Positions 58,685-64,000 of a DNA stretch of 64,000 bases are shown one piece after another. Positions within the stretch are counted from its first letter, which is position 1; every line of letters starts with the position of its first letter. The stretch is from the NCBI GenBank assembly GCA_963788235.1, contig CAWBFV010000004.1:1012241-1076240 (forward strand), given 5' to 3'. The translations under genes were made by a program, and so were the position numbers. The notes beneath the pieces are model-generated. The model did not search any database and was not told the origin of the DNA. It saw only the letters and a list, made by a program, of their open reading frames with translations. Source of the stretch: an uncultured Chloroflexia bacterium (GTDB lineage Bacteria > Chloroflexota > Limnocylindria > Limnocylindrales > CSP1-4).

Positions 58685-59590
58685 TCAGTTGGTCGGCAGG
58701 CGCGGGTTGCGCGGCAGGCTCTTGCCCTGCGTCGAGAAGCCTGGTGGATTCTGGCCGTTCGCATCGAACGGGACGTACAGGGTCTGCAGCGAGGCCGCCC
58801 AACCCGTCGTCAGGGAATCCGTGTCGTCGACCGTCGGGTCATTGGTGGGGATCACCTTCAGCGCGATGCCGTAGGTGTTGAGTGCCCCCGAGTCGACGGA
58901 GAACGTGTACGACATCGTCATCGTCATCTCGGCGTACTCGAGGGTCGGGTCGAAGGGCGGGCCTGGTGGATCGATATTCAGATCCGGATCGGCCGGCGCC
59001 TGCTCCGAACCGACCATGTCGAAGAACAGCGGTGAGAACTCACCGGTCGTGTCGTTGAACAGGAACCCCTGGACCTCGCACGGGCAGACGTTGGCCTCGG
59101 GCGTCGAGACCTGGACCGTACCGGTCGCAACGACGTGGGCGGTGCCGCCGCCACCACCGCCGTGGCGGAAGTTGAGCAGGGCCACGGAACCGAACGGATG
59201 CGGTTGGCCAACTCCCTGCGCGGGTTGCATGAGGGTCGCCCAATCATCGATGTCGCTATCGAACGTTGTCGCCACGCGACCGAGACCGCGGACGAGGAAG
59301 GCCGCCATCTGGCCGCGCGTCACCGCGGCATTCGGGCAGTACTTGTTGGGGGCGCAGCCACCGGTGATCCGCGCCCCGTACAGCGTCGAGATCGACGCGT
59401 GGAAGGTATTCGAATTCGGAACGTCGCTGAAGATGTGGCTCGCGCTGACCGCGACCGGAACGGCGAGCATCAAGACAACGACGCCGATCGCTGCGATCCG
59501 GCGTCGTGCTATCGATCGAATGAGGCCTGCCGCTCTCGTCGGCGGGCTTGCCCCGTCGACCTGGAGCTGCTCCTGCCATGGAAGACGCAT
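58685..59590 (-). CDS. secreted protein with an N-terminal SLH-like repeat and an unknown C-terminal domain
   Basis: A signal peptide is followed by FSDVPNSNTFHASISTLYGARITGGCAPNKYCPNAAVTRGQMAAFLVRGL, the same Cys-containing SLH variant seen at 9.9-14.2 kb. Confidence 0.5.
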   Translation of the reverse strand: MRLPWQEQLQVDGASPPTRAAGLIRSIARRRIAAIGVVVLMLAVPVAVSASHIFSDVPNSNTFHASISTLYGARITGGCAPNKYCPNAAVTRGQMAAFLVRGLGRVATTFDSDIDDWATLMQPAQGVGQPHPFGSVALLNFRHGGGGGGTAHVVATGTVQVSTPEANVCPCEVQGFLFNDTTGEFSPLFFDMVGSEQAPADPDLNIDPPGPPFDPTLEYAEMTMTMSYTFSVDSGALNTYGIALKVIPTNDPTVDDTDSLTTGWAASLQTLYVPFDANGQNPPGFSTQGKSLPRNPRLPTN

Positions 59591-59867
59591 CGTGTCCCTC
59601 CGATCCCCGAGCGGCGGGCGCCGCAAGCGGAGTCTAGGCCTACGAGATGTGGTCCGGTGCGGTCTGGTGACGAACAGGGTTGTCCGGGGTGGTAGGGTTG
59701 CCCGGTAGGGACTGACCGCCCAGTCGGAAACGCACATCAGGCACCACAGCGACCGCCGGATCGGGCCGGCGAGACCCCGTCACACCGGTGCCAGCGTGAC
59801 GTCCACAGGGAGGGGGCCGACCGGTTACCGAGTCCGGGGCGGCTTCGAGTCCAGGGGGCTCGACGCC

Positions 59868-61989
59868 GTGAGCGCGCAGCACAGTGGAACGACGCGCCGG
59901 CGCGATCTGCGCCTGGTGGCAGTCGCCGTCCTCGCCGGTGTCCTGATCAGTGTCGGGGCACCTGTGTGGCGATCCTTGAACCCCACCGACGCCGCCGGCA
60001 ATTACATCTGGATCTCGCCGGCCGAGGTGGCGTCGCTGCCCATGAGCGGCCCGGCCTGGACCCAGATGCTGGCGGCCGCCAACGCGACCGTCACGCCGAA
60101 CATCTCCAACCAGGACGACAATTCGGACGTCCAGGTCCTGGCCAAGGCGTTGGTCTACGCGCGAACCGGCGACCCGGTCATACCGCGCCGGGGTTAGGAC
60201 AGCGCTGGGACAGGCCGTCGGCACCGAGGTCGGTGGTCGCACCCTCGCCCTCGGGCGCAACCTGCTGGGTTGGGTCATCGCCGCGGACCTCATCGATCTC
60301 GGCGTGTACGACGAGGCGTTCGACGCCAACACGTTCCGGCCCTGGCTCCGCACGCTGCTGACCGAGGTCCTCGACAGCAAGACCCTCCAGTCGACGCATG
60401 AGATCCGGCCCAACAATTGGGGCACCCTCGCGGGCGGCTCGAGAGCGGCGGTCGCCGTCTACCTCGCTGATGCCGCGGAGCTGGCCCGGACCGCGGTCGT
60501 GTTCCGCGGCTGGCTCGGCGACCGGACCGCCTACGCGGGCTTCAAGTACGGCGACCTGTCGTGGCAGTGCGATCCGCTCAACCCCGTTGGGATCAACCCG
60601 ACGGGATGCGTGCGGTACGGCGTGGACCTCGGGGGCGTGTTGCCCGATGACATGCGCCGCGCGTCGTCGTTCGTCTGGCCGCCCGCCTACACCAACTATC
60701 CCTGGGAGGGGCTGCAGGGCGCGGTGGCCCAGGCGCACATCCTGTCGCGTGCCGGGTACGACGCGTGGAATTGGAGCGACCGGGCCGTCCTCCGAGCCAC
60801 GAACTTCCTGTACGGGCTCGGGGGCCAATGGCTCCCCACCGGTGATGACGCGTGGATGCCCTGGGTCCTGAACCGCGGGTACGCCACGTCGCTGGCACAG
60901 ACCAGCCCGATCCCGATGGGCGAGGGCATGGGCTGGACCGATTGGATGTTCGGGCCCAGCGATTCTCCGGTCCCGACGCCGACACCCACGCCCACGCCGA
61001 CCCCGACACCGACGCCGACCGACACGCCAGTCCCGACCCCGACCGGCGATCCGACACCGACGCCGGCCGTGACCCCGACGCCGGACCTGACGCCGGACGT
61101 GTCGACCCCGACACCCGGACCGACCCCGACGCCAACGCCAACGCCCACCGCGACCCCGTCTCCGACCCCGACACCCGGGCCGACGCCGCCGCCGACGCCG
61201 ACCCCGGGTCCGACCCCATCGCCCAGCCCATCGCCGACACCGACGCCGTCGCCCACACCGACACCAAGTCCCACGCCGTCACCGACGCCCAGCCCGACGC
61301 CGTCGCCCACGCCCAGCCCGACCCCGAGCCCGACGCCCACACCGACCCCGACGCCGCCGGCGACCGGCCGCGTCACGTTCGTGAATGCGAGCTGGACGTC
61401 GCGGGTCGCCTCCACGTCGATCATCGTGCCCGTGCCGACCGGCGCCACCACCGGCCGCCTCATGCTCGCGTCGATCGTGATCCGTGGCAGCGCCACGATC
61501 GCGACGCCGACCGGCTGGACGCTCGTCCGCACCGACGTCAATGGATCGACCATGCGCGTCTCGACGTACCGGCGGTTCGCGGTCGCGACTGAACCCGCGT
61601 CCTACACGTTCACGTTCTCGAAGTCGACGACCGCGTCCACGGCGGGGATCGCCGTCTATGCCGGCGTCGATCCGACCAACCCCATCAACGCCCAGGCCGG
61701 ACAGGTCAATACCAGGAACGCGACGCAGGTCGTCGCCCCCGCGGTGACCACGACCACGGGCGGCACGCTCCTGACGGGGATCTTCGGGAGCGCGAGCCTC
61801 GTGACGGCGACGCCGCCCACCGGGATGACCGAGCGGTACGACGTCTCGAGCAACGGATCGTCGAAGGTGGCCGAGGAATGGGCGGATCAGCAGCTCGTCG
61901 GGGCGGGGAGTACCGGGACGCGAACGGCGACCGTCAGCAAGGCCACGTCGAGCATCGGTCAGTCGATCGCCCTTCGACCTGCGCCCTGA
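59868..61989 (+). CDS. alginate-lyase-family (PF05426-like) protein with an approximately 130-aa (T/S)P linker and a C-terminal approximately 210-aa beta-rich domain; frame disruption near 60178
   Basis: [11 protein letters not shown]...[23 protein letters not shown] matches the lyase NNHG/W region. The linker [15 protein letters not shown]...[12 protein letters not shown] is encoded by a tandem CCGAC(G/A)CC-type DNA repeat at 60965-61365. Confidence 0.5.
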
Positions 61990-62026
61990 CCGGCCCGCGG
62001 GCCGGTCCATCCTCGATAATGCGCGC

Positions 62027-62416
62027 ATGCCACCCATCACCGAGCTGACGCGCATCGAGCCCAACCACCTCGATCGACTCGAGAAGCAGGGCACGTTCAC
62101 GACCGGGCTCCTGCTCGAGCGGTCCGAGACGCCGACCCGCCGCCAGTACCTCGCCGACCAGGTCGATGCCACGACCAACGACGTGCTCGACTGGCGGGAC
62201 GAGGCGCTGATGCTGAACCTGGCGAGCTTCGGACCCGGGGATCACCTGCTGCTCATCCAGGCCGAGATCGAGGGCTTGAAGGACATCCTCGCGCTCTCGC
62301 TCGACGATTTCCGCGAGCGCATCCACCGAGCTGCCACGGAGCTCAAGGTCGAACCGCCGAGCGACCTCACGGTCGAGGGCTGGTGGGAGCAGGCAAAGAC
62401 GCTCGAAGAGGAGTAG
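62027..62416 (+). CDS. DUF4332 (helix-hairpin-helix-like) domain protein
   Basis: PITELTRIEPNHLDRLEKQGTFTTGLLLE matches the DUF4332 pattern. Confidence 0.45.
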   Translation: MPPITELTRIEPNHLDRLEKQGTFTTGLLLERSETPTRRQYLADQVDATTNDVLDWRDEALMLNLASFGPGDHLLLIQAEIEGLKDILALSLDDFRERIHRAATELKVEPPSDLTVEGWWEQAKTLEEE

Positions 62417-62440
62417 CCCCGGCCGGGCTACGATGCGGCC

Positions 62441-63143
62441 GTGCGTACGCCGCTGGACCGCCTGACGGATATGTGGATCGCGATCGCCACCGCCCTCACG
62501 ATCATCGCCTTGGCCGTCGCGCTGTTCCTCAACCCGATCTGGGTCGCGTTCGAGCAGGGTCGGGCCGATGCGGCGGCGTGGACCGGGTTCTCCGAACCGG
62601 ATCTGCGGGCCGCGACCAACGCGATCCTCGCGGGCCTCGTGGGCCGCATCCGACTTCGACGTCGAGGTCGGTGGCGCCCCGGTGCTCGACGAGCGTGAAC
62701 GCGCCCACATGCGCGACGTTCGGAGCGTGTTCTTCGGCTTCTTTGCCCTTGCGGCGGTCGTCGCGGTCGTCGGCATCGCGATCGCCCGGCGCCGTCCACC
62801 GGAGCGGCGCCGCGCGACCTGGCGGGCGGTCCGCGGCGGTGCGACCTGGCTCGTCGAGGCGCTGGTGGTGCTCGGGATCGTGGCCATCGTCGCGTTCGAC
62901 ACGCTGTTCGATCTCTTTCATCGACTGCTGTTCCCGAGCGGCTCCTTCGACTTCGATCCGCAAACCGAACGACTCGTCCAACTCTTCCCGTTCCAGTTCT
63001 GGCAGGAGACGGCGATCGCCGTCGGCGCCGTCGCCATCGTCGCCGCGCTCGTCGTGGCCCTCGTCGCCAACCGCCGCCTGGCCTCGTCGACGTTGACTGC
63101 CGCCCCGGCGTCAACCGCAACGCTGGAGCGGTCGAGACCGTGA
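62441..63143 (+). CDS. TIGR01906-family integral membrane protein; frame disruption near 62650
   Basis: FDVEVGGAPVLDERERAHMRDVRSVFFGF and three TM helices, with the N-terminal helix in the 62441 frame. Confidence 0.5.
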
Positions 63144-64000
63144 GCGACGAGCGGCTGCTCAGCGTCGAGGAGGCGCTCGAGCGGATCTTTGCGGCCATCG
63201 CCGGTCCGACCGAGCCCGAGCTCGTCTTCCTCTCGGAGGCGCGGGAGCGCGTCGTCGCAACGGCCGTCGACAGCCCGATCGCGCTGCCGCCTTGGGACAA
63301 CTCGGCGATGGATGGCTACGCGATCCGCGCGGCCGACGTCGCGGCGGCGACCGAGGACCGCCCCGTGGCGCTCGATGTCATCGGCGAAGTCCGTGCCGGG
63401 CAACCGCCGGAGACCGAGGTCGCTCGGGGGAGCGCGGTGCGGATCGCCACGGGTGCGCCGGTCCCGCCCGGCGCCGATGCCGTGATCCCCGTCGAAGGCA
63501 CGACGCCGCTCGACGCCGCGGGCGCAGTCGCCGGGGAGCGCGGCCGCGACGCCACGGGTCCGGTGCCGGCACGCGTCGCCGCGCACGTCGCGGTCTCGGT
63601 CGGCGGCTCGATCCGCCGGAAGGGCAGCGATCTCGCCGCCGGGACGCGGATCCTCGACGAGGGGACGACCGTGACGCCGGCCGTGATCGGCCTCGCGGCG
63701 GGGGTCGGGCTCGACCAGCTCATCGTCCACCGGGTGCCGCGGGTGGGCATCCTCGCCACCGGCGACGAGATCCGGACCCGCGGCGCCGAGCTCGGTCCGG
63801 CCGGGATCCCCGACGCGAATGGACCGGCACTGATGGCGATGGTCGAGGCGGCCGGTGCCTATCCGAGCACCCTGGGGATCGCCGCGGATCGATTCGACGA
63901 CGTCCGCGGTCGCCTGTGTGCCGGGCTCGTCGGCGGCGCCGACGCGATCATCGTCTCGGGTGGCGTATCGGTCGGCCCGTATGACGTCGTCCGCGAGGCG
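63140..64000 (+). CDS. moeA: molybdopterin molybdenumtransferase MoeA, N-terminal portion (3' end outside window)
   Basis: LSVEEALERI...PPWDNSAMDGYAIRAADV...AVRIATGAPVPPGADAVIPVE. There is no stop before the window end. Confidence 0.75.
   Translation, partial: MSDERLLSVEEALERIFAAIAGPTEPELVFLSEARERVVATAVDSPIALPPWDNSAMDGYAIRAADVAAATEDRPVALDVIGEVRAGQPPETEVARGSAVRIATGAPVPPGADAVIPVEGTTPLDAAGAVAGERGRDATGPVPARVAAHVAVSVGGSIRRKGSDLAAGTRILDEGTTVTPAVIGLAAGVGLDQLIVHRVPRVGILATGDEIRTRGAELGPAGIPDANGPALMAMVEAAGAYPSTLGIAADRFDDVRGRLCAGLVGGADAIIVSGGVSVGPYDVVREA

Noticed and set aside
60965-61365. Tandem short DNA repeat, checked as a possible CRISPR array
   Set aside because: Repeat units are 6-9 bp, contiguous with no unique spacers, and sit inside an ORF encoding a (T/S)P linker. 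It is not a CRISPR.

Overview
A high-GC (about 70%) bacterial chromosomal segment, mostly + strand housekeeping operons with tight stop/start overlaps. In order: relA/spoT (3' part), hisS, aspS, typA, iscS-mnmA, alaS, ruvX-mltG, pepP, efp, xseA-xseB, dxs, tlyA-nadK-recN-xerD, scpA-scpB-rluB-cmk-plsC, ispH-der-gpsA, tRNA-Pro(GGG), moeA (5' part). Accessory content: (i) three consecutive secreted proteins anchored by C-terminal SLH-like repeats (9874-14190), one with a lysyl-oxidase-like catalytic domain and one a badly disrupted PQQ sugar dehydrogenase; a fourth SLH protein and an alginate-lyase-family protein with a long (T/S)P linker lie at 58.7-62.0 kb. (ii) An FtsA-like actin-fold ATPase plus two unknown genes inserted into the conserved alaS-ruvX-mltG cluster. 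(iii) A K-channel-like/XRE-regulator cassette between dxs and tlyA, flanked by about 330-bp diverged direct repeats built from a GTCGAC-centred palindromic motif family that recurs upstream of ispH. (iv) A kinase/class-III-aminotransferase fusion. (v) Three tandem RDD-family paralogs followed by a PLP decarboxylase and a YdeI-family gene. (vi) A block of hypothetical membrane/secreted proteins after the tRNA. Many conserved genes, including the essential dxs, der and gpsA, carry 1-bp frame disruptions, often in short homopolymers. Assembly indel errors are therefore a serious alternative to pseudogenisation, and all frameshift and start-codon calls below should be read with that caveat. Most long minus-strand ORFs in the track are GC-driven artefacts overlapping real + strand genes.
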